Shown here piece after piece: positions 1 to 8,433 of a stretch of DNA of 64,000 nucleotides. The stretch lies in contig CAIRNS010000029.1 of NCBI GenBank assembly GCA_903880015.1, positions 5,378-69,377 of the forward strand. The letters are read 5' to 3'. The DNA comes from an uncultured Elusimicrobia bacterium (lineage in GTDB: Bacteria > Elusimicrobiota > Endomicrobiia > Endomicrobiales > CAIRNS01). How positions within the stretch are numbered: the stretch's first letter is position 1; the number at the start of each line of letters is the position of its first letter. A model generated the notes under the pieces. It was not told where the DNA came from, did no database searches, and saw nothing but the letters and a program-made list of their open reading frames with translations. The position numbers and the translations under genes are program-made.

Positions 1-187
1 GACCAAAAAATATCACTGAACTGACCCGGTCTGCCGCTATTGCTCGGCGTAATAGTTTTCCCGGCCCGAGTATCTCTGCCTGACCGGCGAATTCATCGAT
101 GGACCGAGGTGCCATCCGGCGCGCCAATGGTGTATTTTCGACGGCTGTATTAGTATCCTTTGATGATTCAAAGAGTTCAGTTTGCAT
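1..187 (-). CDS. rarA: Replication-associated recombination protein A (AAA+ ATPase), 5' part; runs off the window edge
   Basis: Not in the ORF track. Manual translation from ATG at 187 gives MQTELFESSKDTNTAVENTPLARRMAPRSIDEFAGQAEILGPGKLLRRAIAADRVSSVIFFG, the typical RarA/MgsA N-terminus (PLA.RM.P....E..GQ..ILG.GK.LRRAI) leading into Walker A. Confidence 0.9.
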   Translation of the reverse strand, partial: MQTELFESSKDTNTAVENTPLARRMAPRSIDEFAGQAEILGPGKLLRRAIAADRVSSVIFFG

Positions 188-230
188 ATGTTTAAAATCA
201 CTTTTCAAAGCTTGAGGATATACAAAAAAA

Positions 231-379
231 TGCCCCACTGTGCCGTTTCTCAATCGATGTAAGTCCCAGTAATCAAAATGGATGTCAGGGATCCGGCCCA
301 AGAGCACGGATACACCACGACTTCCTGATAGGAACTTGTCGGCTTACATCAGATGAAGAGTGACCAACACCGCAGGGCT
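231..379 (-). ncRNA. ssrS: 6S RNA
   Basis: Directly downstream of zapA, the conserved ssrS position. Minus strand folds into a rod: GCCCUGC/GUGGGGC and GUGUUG/CGGCAC closing stems, a GAUGUAAG/CUUACAUC helix, a central bubble and an AUCCG/CGGAU apical stem, followed by a U-run. Confidence 0.8.
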
Positions 380-386
380 AAACGCA

Positions 387-671
387 TCAAACTGACAAAG
401 CGTTATCAAGTGCCTTGATAAGCTCATCAGCCTTCTTATCGAAAACTCCCGAAACATTGTCACGGGAATTTTTCAATCGGAACAATTCGTCAGCGATATT
501 CAACGCCGCCAGAATGGCAAGCTTTAGCGTGTCTGCGATGCCTGTGTCATTTTCAATCTCAGTCAATTTCTGTTCTAAATATTCAGCCAGTGAATATATC
601 ATTAATTCATCACCGGCAGGTGTTTCAACTTCATACACCACACCGCGAATTTTTACAGGAGTTTTATTCAT
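387..671 (-). CDS. zapA: Cell division protein ZapA
   Basis: 94 aa with V.I.G..Y N-terminus and LAILAALNIADELF motif. Confidence 0.92.
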   Translation of the reverse strand: MNKTPVKIRGVVYEVETPAGDELMIYSLAEYLEQKLTEIENDTGIADTLKLAILAALNIADELFRLKNSRDNVSGVFDKKADELIKALDNALSV

Positions 672-885
672 GTTTCATTTTCTTTAACAACTTTTCTATG
701 CGATGCGACAAAGCGGCATGCCGCTCGCGCAACTGCTCATTCTCGCGCACAACCCCCTGAACCCGCTTGTGTTCATCCTGGAGATGTTTAAGATCAGATT
801 CCAGCTTGCCTTTTTCCTTTTTAATGCGAATCAAGTGCTCGGCAGCCAAATGTACTTTCTTAGTTAATATTTCAATAAGTTCCAC
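664..885 (-). CDS. Short coiled-coil protein, ZapB-like
   Basis: 73-aa heptad-rich protein immediately upstream of and overlapping zapA; GTG start. Confidence 0.7.
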   Translation of the reverse strand: MELIEILTKKVHLAAEHLIRIKKEKGKLESDLKHLQDEHKRVQGVVRENEQLRERHAALSHRIEKLLKKMKHE

Positions 886-891
886 GCTTAA

Positions 892-920
892 ATTTTATAA
901 CTAAATTCAACCGCTGTCAA
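892..920 (-). promoter_or_regulatory. Sigma70-type promoter of the zapB-like/zapA/6S unit (apparently leaderless)
   Basis: TTGACA-17 nt-TAAAAT, then 6 nt to the GTG start; no Shine-Dalgarno. Confidence 0.7.
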
Positions 921-1071
921 GTGTTTATTTTGGTGCCTAGACAGGAAATTCCTGCAGAAAAGTTTATACCTTTTTGAAATACATGGAAATTGAAAACATA
1001 ACAATAAATCTAAACTCTTTAATGTAAAACTTCAACTCGGAATTTAGAGCAGGCAAACAGAGATTAAAAGA

Positions 1072-2517
1072 CTATTTGAGGAGAGCCGAGGGAATAATGG
1101 TATCTAAGCCAAGTATACACGCAGGATCAAATATTTTCTTGACGCGAGCAATTTCCTTCATGCCGGCAGTCCCAATCATTGCTTCTAAAAAAAGGTGTTT
1201 AAGCTTACCGATACCGTGCTCCGCCGACACTGTCCCCCCCAGTTGCACGGCCCGGGTGACCAGTTGCAAATAAAGCGCTCTGCTTGCGGTGAATTCTTCT
1301 TGCGTTTTAGGCAGGATATTAGCGTGCAGATGACATTCACCGATATGCCCGAAAATCAGATACTGCATACCTGATGCTTCAAAGGCCTCGTGATAGGCGT
1401 GCATCATGTCGATAAATGATTCTGGCGGAACAGCAATGTCAGTGCCTACCTTCGGTAACCGGTTCTGCTTGACGATTTGGTTTACTTTCTCAGGTAATGC
1501 GTGCCTGAATTCACGAAAGATTTCCTGCTCGCGAGCATTCGCTGAGAACCAGATAGCGTCCATTATTGCGTTGTTCGTTTCCAGAAGGGTATACCATTCT
1601 TGGACCGCGCAATCAGTGGCGGCAGCATCGACATCTTGTTCAAAAAAGATTGCCGCTTGCGCGCGCGGCGGAATGTGCGGATAATCCTCGCGCAGTAGTG
1701 CAAGTGAATAGCGGTCAAAGTACTCAAACGACAGCGCGGCAATTGCCGTGCGGGCCGACGAAACAAAACGCCACGATGCACTCTCGTTCTCAAAAAATGC
1801 AATGCCGGCGACACACTGTTGACCCAATGGGAGCAACTGTACTTCTATTTCGGTAATAACCCCCAGCGTCCCCTCTTGTCCGATAAATAAATCAATGAGG
1901 TCCATGTCGGGCGCAGAAAAATATCCTGCTGCATTTTTTATTTTGGGGAGACGGTAGCGAGGTGCCTGAAAAGTTCGGGAGGGAAGCTTAAATATATAGT
2001 CCTGAGCAATATACATGCCCCGGTAAATTTCCAATACTTCACCGGAAGATAAAACCACACGGAGGCGCTTAACATAATTACGGGTCGGCCCGTATTTATA
2101 GCCGCGGCTTCCGGAAGCATTTGTAGCGACATTTCCGCCTATCCATGCACTGCGCTCGGTAGGGTCCGGCGGATACATCAACCCTTTTTTTGCAGCGGCA
2201 ATCTTGAGTTCATCCACGCTAACGCCCGGCTGCACTATCGCCACTGCAGAACCGTCACTGTCAACGGTTATATCGAGTATGCGATTCATGCGTTCCAGAG
2301 ACAAAACCGATCCGCCAAACGGAACTCTCCCCCCCGTCACTCCGGTCCCAGCGCCGGCAATAGTCACCGGCGTAGTATCTTGTGCCGCCTGGCGCAGAAA
2401 ATTAATTATATCGACTTCAGATTCCGGGAAAGCCACACGGTCAGCTTTACCGCCGAGAAGTCCGGAATGGTCTTCCATGTATGAAGCAATAATTGATTGG
2501 TCAGTTTTTATGTGCAT
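1072..2517 (-). CDS. FAD-binding oxidoreductase, GlcD/D-lactate dehydrogenase family
   Basis: GAGTGVTGG, PPDPT..AWIGGNVATNASG, GQEGTLGVITE, FGHIGECHLH and GGTVSAEHGIGK motifs; start placed at MHIKTD (2517) to avoid overlap. Confidence 0.9.
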   Translation of the reverse strand: MHIKTDQSIIASYMEDHSGLLGGKADRVAFPESEVDIINFLRQAAQDTTPVTIAGAGTGVTGGRVPFGGSVLSLERMNRILDITVDSDGSAVAIVQPGVSVDELKIAAAKKGLMYPPDPTERSAWIGGNVATNASGSRGYKYGPTRNYVKRLRVVLSSGEVLEIYRGMYIAQDYIFKLPSRTFQAPRYRLPKIKNAAGYFSAPDMDLIDLFIGQEGTLGVITEIEVQLLPLGQQCVAGIAFFENESASWRFVSSARTAIAALSFEYFDRYSLALLREDYPHIPPRAQAAIFFEQDVDAAATDCAVQEWYTLLETNNAIMDAIWFSANAREQEIFREFRHALPEKVNQIVKQNRLPKVGTDIAVPPESFIDMMHAYHEAFEASGMQYLIFGHIGECHLHANILPKTQEEFTASRALYLQLVTRAVQLGGTVSAEHGIGKLKHLFLEAMIGTAGMKEIARVKKIFDPACILGLDTIIPSALLK

Positions 2518-2542
2518 GATGTATGTTGTCGGAAGAAAATAT

Positions 2543-3460
2543 TTACCAGATATATTTGAGGGGGTCTTTGGGTACACCGTTTTTTTTGATGGTAAAATGG
2601 AGATGCGGTCCGGTCACTCGTCCGGTGGCACCGCTTTTGGCAATGAGTTGGCGCGCCTTGACCCGTTGTCCCACATGAACAAGAACTCGGGATAAATGAC
2701 CGTATTGCGTTTCGTAACCGTCTTCATGGTCGACAAATACGGCTGTACCGTAATGTCCTATACCGTCGCTGGCAACGGTAACAACGCCGGCCGCTGCTGC
2801 GCCGACCCATGTGTTGCTTGGCACCGCTATATCTATCCCCCCGTGAAAACTATGCAGTGAACCGGTCACCGGATGCTTCCTCTTGCCAAAAAGACTGCTT
2901 AACCGGCCGCCCAGCGGCGAAGTGAAAAGTGAGCGAAGTTGATATTTCTCCTGCATTGCTTTGTTCATCAAATCAGTGTCGGGACGGACACCCGGAATAA
3001 ATATATATGATCCAGGAACGAGTGCGGCAACGCCGGTGTTGATGCCTTGAATTTTTTCGGGTGCTACGCGGTATCGCGCTCCGACGCTTACCCATGTATC
3101 GCCGGTTTGGACCGGGTGTAACGAACCACCCTTCGACGGAATCAATATTCTCTGACCAATAGCAACATCATAGGTTTCCAGCTGGGGATTACATCCGATG
3201 ATGCTATGCACCGAATAATGATGACGCGATGCTATTTTCCAAAGATTTTCTTTGGACTTAACGGTGTGAATATAGAATCCGACGGTAGGAACTTTTTGTT
3301 GCAGATACGCCAGACGCCTCGCAAGAAGGTCAGTCAACTCAGGGGTTTTGTTAACTGTCGCTGTCCGCTCCACCGAGAAAGAAAAAATCGGCAGCAATAG
3401 AATTATGGAAAATAAAAGCAGGAGATGCTTCATCGGGAAAACAAATGGTCTGATGATCAT
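2543..3460 (-). CDS. LysM-domain M23 family metallopeptidase
   Basis: Signal/TM segment, two LysM repeats, HGGIDIA (HxxxD) and GPHLHF (HxH) zinc motifs; ATGA overlap with pheT stop. Confidence 0.9.
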   Translation of the reverse strand: MIIRPFVFPMKHLLLLFSIILLLPIFSFSVERTATVNKTPELTDLLARRLAYLQQKVPTVGFYIHTVKSKENLWKIASRHHYSVHSIIGCNPQLETYDVAIGQRILIPSKGGSLHPVQTGDTWVSVGARYRVAPEKIQGINTGVAALVPGSYIFIPGVRPDTDLMNKAMQEKYQLRSLFTSPLGGRLSSLFGKRKHPVTGSLHSFHGGIDIAVPSNTWVGAAAAGVVTVASDGIGHYGTAVFVDHEDGYETQYGHLSRVLVHVGQRVKARQLIAKSGATGRVTGPHLHFTIKKNGVPKDPLKYIW

Positions 3461-5820
3461 TTTCTCAGGACAACGGCATGTTTTTTTTCAAGCGCGGCGA
3501 GGATATCAGCGACTATTTTTTGCGTATCTTGGTCGGTAAGAGTTCGGTCACTGCGGCGCATTGAGAGATGCAGCGTATAACTTATCTTGTCACTGCCGAT
3601 TTTGACTGCATCAGCGTAGACATCGATAAGCTGGGTGTCTATCTCGAGTTCTTGTTCTGCGGTGCGGGTAATCACGGTCACGATGCTGTCCAACGGCACT
3701 GAGAAAGCGGCCACAAGTGATAAATCTATATTGACCGGCGGAAAGCGTTTGAGAGCGCTATATCGTTTGTCTTTGTCGCCGGCAGGAAGCTCGAGAATAT
3801 CAGTTTCAAACTCTCCGTAGAGTATATCCCCGCAACCGAGCTGTTGGCAATAATCAGGACGCAAGACGCCAAATTCTCCGGCAAGTTTTCCCGCAATTTC
3901 AAGGCGGGCGTTCTTGCCCGGATGGAAATACGATTGGCAATTCTTGTTTTCAACGGTACGGTATTTGCGATCGCACAACACCGTGGCGAGTATGCCTGAT
4001 AAAAAATTGAAATCTGCCGCCTGTGGGACTTTCTTGCCATACCACTGCCACCACGAACCCCAAACGCACCCCGTTAAGATAACGGCAAGGCGCTTTTTTT
4101 CGCCAACGGATGTAAAGACAGTGCCGGTTTCATACAAGCGAACATCGGGAAACCCCTGTCCAAGATTGCTTTTAAGGTTTTTCCACAGTCCCGGCAAAAG
4201 GGACGGACGCAAAAGCTCATATTCTTTGGATAAAGGGTTCGCCAAACGATGGGAGGATGAGAGCGCGAACAGCGTCAATTCTTTTTCCTCGACAAAGGAA
4301 TAGTTGAGCGCTTCGGAAAAACCGAGTGCAGTAAGACGGGCATAGATCTCCGTCATCACTGGTTTGCGCGATTTATTTTCCTGCAAATCAGGAATAATCG
4401 GCATGACTGTCTGCGGAATATGTTCATAGCCATTGATACGGGCAATTTCTTCGATAAGATCAACTTCCTGAGTAACATCGCGCCGCCATGAAGGGACAAC
4501 GACTGAACAACCCGATGGCCGGTCAGAAACAATCATACCGAGATGCGTAAGAATCGTTTTAATTTCAGCGTACGGAACGGCAAGTCCGAGGACTTTTTCT
4601 ACAAACGCCGTGCGCAGGTCTATCATGACCGGCGCATGTGGTTGGGGGGCGCGATCGGTGCTGTTGCGCAAGGTTCCACCAGCTAGACGGATTATAAGCT
4701 CAACAGCGCGTGCGGCAGCCCGTTCAGAAGCATCCCAGGAACTGCCGCGTTCAAAACGGTATGAGGAATCCGTTGAAAGCTCAAGCTTTTTAGATGTCTT
4801 ACGAATACTGACAGGTGCGAAAAGAGCGCTTTCGATGACAATATTTTTGGTCGATTCAGTAACACCGGAATGTTCCCCGCCCATGACACCGGCTATCGCC
4901 TGAGGTTTTACCGCATCGGCAATAACAAGCATCGTATCGTTGAGTGTATATTTCTTTCCGTCAAGCGCGGTGATAGTTTCAAGAGCAGTGGCTCTGCGGA
5001 CAATGATCTGCTTGCCCTCAAGATTCTCGATATCGAACGCATGGAGAGGGTGCCCCAGTTCCATAAGCACATAGTTTGTAATATCTACAATATTGTTAAT
5101 GGCACGAATACCGCAGGACTCAAGGCGCCGAACTACCCAGTCGGGCGATGGTTTAACCGTTACCCCTTCGATTACGCATCCAATATAACGAAAGCACAGG
5201 TCGGTATCATTAATGGTCACCGGAAAGGAATCGTCAAATGGTATGGCTTGTATCTCAGGCAGGCGTACCGCTGTATTAAATTTAGCGGCAAGTTCACGGG
5301 CAACCCCCCAGTGACTGAGACAATCGCCGCGATTGGTAGTAATTTCAACATCTAAAATGGTATCTAAGCTGTCTAACACTGATTCAAGGGGTTTGCCTAA
5401 CGGCGTATTTTCAGGAAGGACCATTATACCGGCGGATTGAGCCGCCAGACCCAGCTCGACTTCCGAGCAAATCATACCCTGCGATTCAATGCCCCTTATT
5501 TTCGCCTTCTTAATCACAAAATCGCCCGGCAATTGCGCCCCTATAACCGCCAAAGCTATAATCTGACCGGCTTCAACATTAGCAGCTCCGCACACGATTG
5601 AATAAGTGGTCGAACCGGTATCAACAGTACATAATGACAGCTTATCCGCTTGCGGGTGCTTATCTTTGGTCAATACTTTAGCGGTAATTACATTGGTCCA
5701 ATTTCCCGAAGAGGAAACAATCTTTGTTTCAAGCCCTAAAAACAAAAGAATATCACACAGCCCCGTTGCGGTGACATCAAAGTCGACAAATTCTTTTAAC
5801 CAGTTATATGATATTTTCAT
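3457..5820 (-). CDS. pheT: Phenylalanine--tRNA ligase beta subunit
   Basis: MKISYNWLKEFV start, EITTNRGDCLS, NNIVDITNYV, SYRFERG, DLIEEIARINGY and C-terminal anticodon-binding domain. Confidence 0.97.
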   Translation of the reverse strand: MKISYNWLKEFVDFDVTATGLCDILLFLGLETKIVSSSGNWTNVITAKVLTKDKHPQADKLSLCTVDTGSTTYSIVCGAANVEAGQIIALAVIGAQLPGDFVIKKAKIRGIESQGMICSEVELGLAAQSAGIMVLPENTPLGKPLESVLDSLDTILDVEITTNRGDCLSHWGVARELAAKFNTAVRLPEIQAIPFDDSFPVTINDTDLCFRYIGCVIEGVTVKPSPDWVVRRLESCGIRAINNIVDITNYVLMELGHPLHAFDIENLEGKQIIVRRATALETITALDGKKYTLNDTMLVIADAVKPQAIAGVMGGEHSGVTESTKNIVIESALFAPVSIRKTSKKLELSTDSSYRFERGSSWDASERAAARAVELIIRLAGGTLRNSTDRAPQPHAPVMIDLRTAFVEKVLGLAVPYAEIKTILTHLGMIVSDRPSGCSVVVPSWRRDVTQEVDLIEEIARINGYEHIPQTVMPIIPDLQENKSRKPVMTEIYARLTALGFSEALNYSFVEEKELTLFALSSSHRLANPLSKEYELLRPSLLPGLWKNLKSNLGQGFPDVRLYETGTVFTSVGEKKRLAVILTGCVWGSWWQWYGKKVPQAADFNFLSGILATVLCDRKYRTVENKNCQSYFHPGKNARLEIAGKLAGEFGVLRPDYCQQLGCGDILYGEFETDILELPAGDKDKRYSALKRFPPVNIDLSLVAAFSVPLDSIVTVITRTAEQELEIDTQLIDVYADAVKIGSDKISYTLHLSMRRSDRTLTDQDTQKIVADILAALEKKHAVVLRK

Positions 5821-5888
5821 TTTATTATTGTATAGTAAAATCAATCCTATTGTTATATCTACATCAATTGTTGTTAATTAAATTTGCG

Positions 5889-6908
5889 TTAAAACTGTTT
5901 AAGAAACTGCAAATTATTCTCATAGAGCAACCGCATATCATCAATACCGTACATAAACATTACAAACCGCTCAACGCCAAGCCCAAAGGCAAATCCGGTG
6001 TATTTCTCGGCATCGTATTTAACTGCCTTAAACACATTAGGATGTACCATGCCGCTGCCAAGAACCTCAAGCCAACCGCTGTTCTTACACACGCGGCACC
6101 CCTTTCCCCCACAGATGGTGCACTGAATGTCCACTTCAGCCGAAGGTTCTGTAAATTGGAAGTGTGAAGGACGGAAGCGAAGTTTGACAGATGAACCGAA
6201 CAAACGATGAATAAATAGAGTCAAAGTACCCTTAAGATCGGCAAAAGTGATATTTGTGTCCACTGCAAGCCCTTCAATTTGATGAAAAATAGCGGAATGC
6301 GTGGCGTCAGTAGCTTCGTTGCGATAAACGCGGCCAGGTATAACAATCTTCAATGGCGGCTGGCGTGTCTCCATGGCATGCACTTGCCCAGGAGAAGTAT
6401 GAGTCCTCAATAGCTGTTTATAGCCCTCGAGGTAAAATGTATCTTGGGTATCGCGCGCGGGATGGTTTGCAGGGATGTTAAGAGCTTCGAAGTTGTACCA
6501 ATCGGTCTCAATTTCCGGCCCGTCACCAACGACAAAACCTAACGAGCGAAAAATAGAGACCATCTCATCCATGGTCTGCCGAATAGGATGGCGGCTACCC
6601 AGGGGAAAAGGAAATGCTAGTTGCGGCGAAGTATCTATTTTTTCAGACGCCAGCTTGCCGGCAAGCACAGCGCTGTTAATATCACGTAAACGAACTTCAA
6701 CATCAGCTTCAAGCGCCACCCGAGCGGCATTGGCTTGCTGTCCGGCAATCTTCCGCTCGTCAATCGGCAGTGACGATAACCCCTTTAAAATTTCGGTTAT
6801 CGCACCCTTGCGCCCCAGATACGCAACTTTAACCGCTTCTACCTCTTCTGGCGTCCGGGCTGCCGCAAGCTTATCGCCTGCTTCTTTTAATAAAGCGTCT
6901 GCATTCAC
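5889..6908 (-). CDS. pheS: Phenylalanine--tRNA ligase alpha subunit
   Basis: HPARDTQDTFY, LLRTHTSP, FHQIEGL, RFRPSHFQFTEPSAE and GFAFGLGVER motifs. Confidence 0.98.
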   Translation of the reverse strand: MNADALLKEAGDKLAAARTPEEVEAVKVAYLGRKGAITEILKGLSSLPIDERKIAGQQANAARVALEADVEVRLRDINSAVLAGKLASEKIDTSPQLAFPFPLGSRHPIRQTMDEMVSIFRSLGFVVGDGPEIETDWYNFEALNIPANHPARDTQDTFYLEGYKQLLRTHTSPGQVHAMETRQPPLKIVIPGRVYRNEATDATHSAIFHQIEGLAVDTNITFADLKGTLTLFIHRLFGSSVKLRFRPSHFQFTEPSAEVDIQCTICGGKGCRVCKNSGWLEVLGSGMVHPNVFKAVKYDAEKYTGFAFGLGVERFVMFMYGIDDMRLLYENNLQFLKQF

Positions 6909-7264
6909 GCTTTCTCCCCGGCTCCTTTGGCTATTTCAACAAGCTGTTTAAAAGTAGCATCATCGGAAACAGCCAATTCAGCAAGCATTTTCCTGTCGAT
7001 GAGAACATTGGCTTTGCGCAGTCCAGAGACGAATGTGCTGTAACTCATCCCAAATTCACGCGCTGCTGCGTTAAGACGAACTATCCACATCTGACGAAAA
7101 TCAGCTTTTCTGTCTTTTCGTCCGACATACATGTATCTCATGGACCGTTCAACCTGCTGCAATGCTATGCGCCAGCGGGAGCTCTTATCTGCATAGCCGC
7201 CCTTGGCTAATTTCATTATTTTTTTCTTGCGTTGCCGCGTGTATACTACAGCTTTTGCTCTCAT
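6905..7264 (-). CDS. rplT: 50S ribosomal protein L20
   Basis: KKIMKLAKGG, RKDRKADFRQMWIVRLNAAAR and IDRKMLAELA; operon position. Confidence 0.97.
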   Translation of the reverse strand: MRAKAVVYTRQRKKKIMKLAKGGYADKSSRWRIALQQVERSMRYMYVGRKDRKADFRQMWIVRLNAAAREFGMSYSTFVSGLRKANVLIDRKMLAELAVSDDATFKQLVEIAKGAGEKA

Positions 7265-7366
7265 GATATAACTCCTTAGAATGGTGAATATATTTTCAGA
7301 TTAACTATGGATCTCGCAACGGATACCTGCCCAACAATACATTACGCTTCGGCGGTACGGATGCGA

Positions 7367-7567
7367 TTAGAAAGAGTACGGCAAAAACTTCTTTATGATC
7401 TTGACATCGGTTTTATCAAGGATAGCAGAATGTTTCCGCTTCAATCCTTTGTCGGACGCCATACCCGCCATCAAGTGACGCAACCCTCTTTTTTTGTGCT
7501 TCACTTTTCCTGATTTCGTAACTATAAAGCGCTTCTTCGCGCCGCTATGTGAATGTATCTTCGGCAT
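7367..7567 (-). CDS. rpmI: 50S ribosomal protein L35
   Basis: MPKIHSHSGAKKRFIVTKSGK; lies between infC and rplT. Confidence 0.97.
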   Translation of the reverse strand: MPKIHSHSGAKKRFIVTKSGKVKHKKRGLRHLMAGMASDKGLKRKHSAILDKTDVKIIKKFLPYSF

Positions 7568-7585
7568 GTTTTTCCTCCTCTGTAT

Positions 7586-8110
7586 TTATTTTTTTACTAA
7601 TTTTTTGGGCATCAGCGTGATGGACAAACGATTCCCGAACAGATTCGGCCTTTGTTCAAGCTCACTGATATCGCCTAACGTGGTATATATTCTTTCAAGC
7701 AGTTTCATGCCCAAGTCCCGGTGCTGCATTTCACGGCCCATAAAAACAACCGTGGCCTGGACTTTGTTGTTTTCCGTCAGAAACTCCCGGGCATGCTTTA
7801 ACTTTGTTTCAAGGTCATGGTCGCTGATACGCACGCGAACCCGAATCTCTTTGAGCTGACCGCCTGTTTTCTGTTTCTTCCGCGCTTCCCGTTCCTTTTT
7901 CTCCTGATCATAACGGAATTTCGGAAAATCAATAATCTTGCATACCGGTGGCGTGGATGCTCCCGATATCTCAACCAGATCCCTGCCTTTGTCCTGCGCC
8001 ATTTTCAACGCATCGGCAATCGCGGTAATCCCCACCTGCGTGCCATCTTCATCGATAAGACGAACCTGAGGAACCCTGATGTAAGAATTGATACGATAGC
8101 GTCTGTCTAC
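7586..8110 (-). CDS. infC: Translation initiation factor IF-3 (non-canonical start, probably GTA)
   Basis: IF3 motifs DLVEIS..PPVCKIIDF and KEIRVR..ISDHDLETK. The frame extends upstream of the ORF-track start through RINSYIRVPQVRLIDEDG to GGAGG-CTACC-GTA at 8110. Confidence 0.95.
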   Translation of the reverse strand, partial: VDRRYRINSYIRVPQVRLIDEDGTQVGITAIADALKMAQDKGRDLVEISGASTPPVCKIIDFPKFRYDQEKKEREARKKQKTGGQLKEIRVRVRISDHDLETKLKHAREFLTENNKVQATVVFMGREMQHRDLGMKLLERIYTTLGDISELEQRPNLFGNRLSITLMPKKLVKK

Positions 8111-8255
8111 GGTAGCCTCCCTTTTGTCGCGCCCTTTCGGGCTTATCCCGCCTAAGCGGGACTGTTCCGGCTCAAAGCCGATTTGCTTCGTCGGAACGCT
8201 CCACGAGGAGAAACCTTCGGTTTCTCCGTTTCGCCGTTGTACTCACTATTTGCAA

Positions 8256-8390
8256 TAAAAAAAAGACAGCACGAATGCCATCCTTTATAATAATTCAAAA
8301 TAAAACTATATTTGAATTAACTTCAACGACAAAACCTCTTTCCCGTAGGTGGAGGTGAGCTGAACCAGGATGGCAGCTACTTTCTACTTA
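8256..8390 (-). promoter_or_regulatory. L20-leader-like transcription attenuator upstream of infC-rpmI-rplT
   Basis: AAGTAGAA...CTCACC motif; terminator AAGGATGGCA-TTCG-TGCTGTCTT-polyU (8257-8285) whose 5' arm is complementary to upstream TGCCATCCT (8367-8375). Confidence 0.75.
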
Positions 8391-8393
8391 ATT

Positions 8394-8422
8394 AGTGTAT
8401 CAAAAAGTCATGGCTCTGTCAA
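8394..8422 (-). promoter_or_regulatory. Sigma70 promoter for the infC operon
   Basis: TTGACA-17 nt-TACACT with extended -10 TG. Confidence 0.8.
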
Positions 8423-8433
8423 ACAAAACGGTT

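Noticed and set aside
931-946. TGGTGCCTAGACAGGA resembles the 3' end of tRNA-Val (10252 onward) as a possible att direct repeat
   Set aside because: The match is short and gapped, the enclosed region holds essential genes (thrS, infC, pheST) and no integrase is present.
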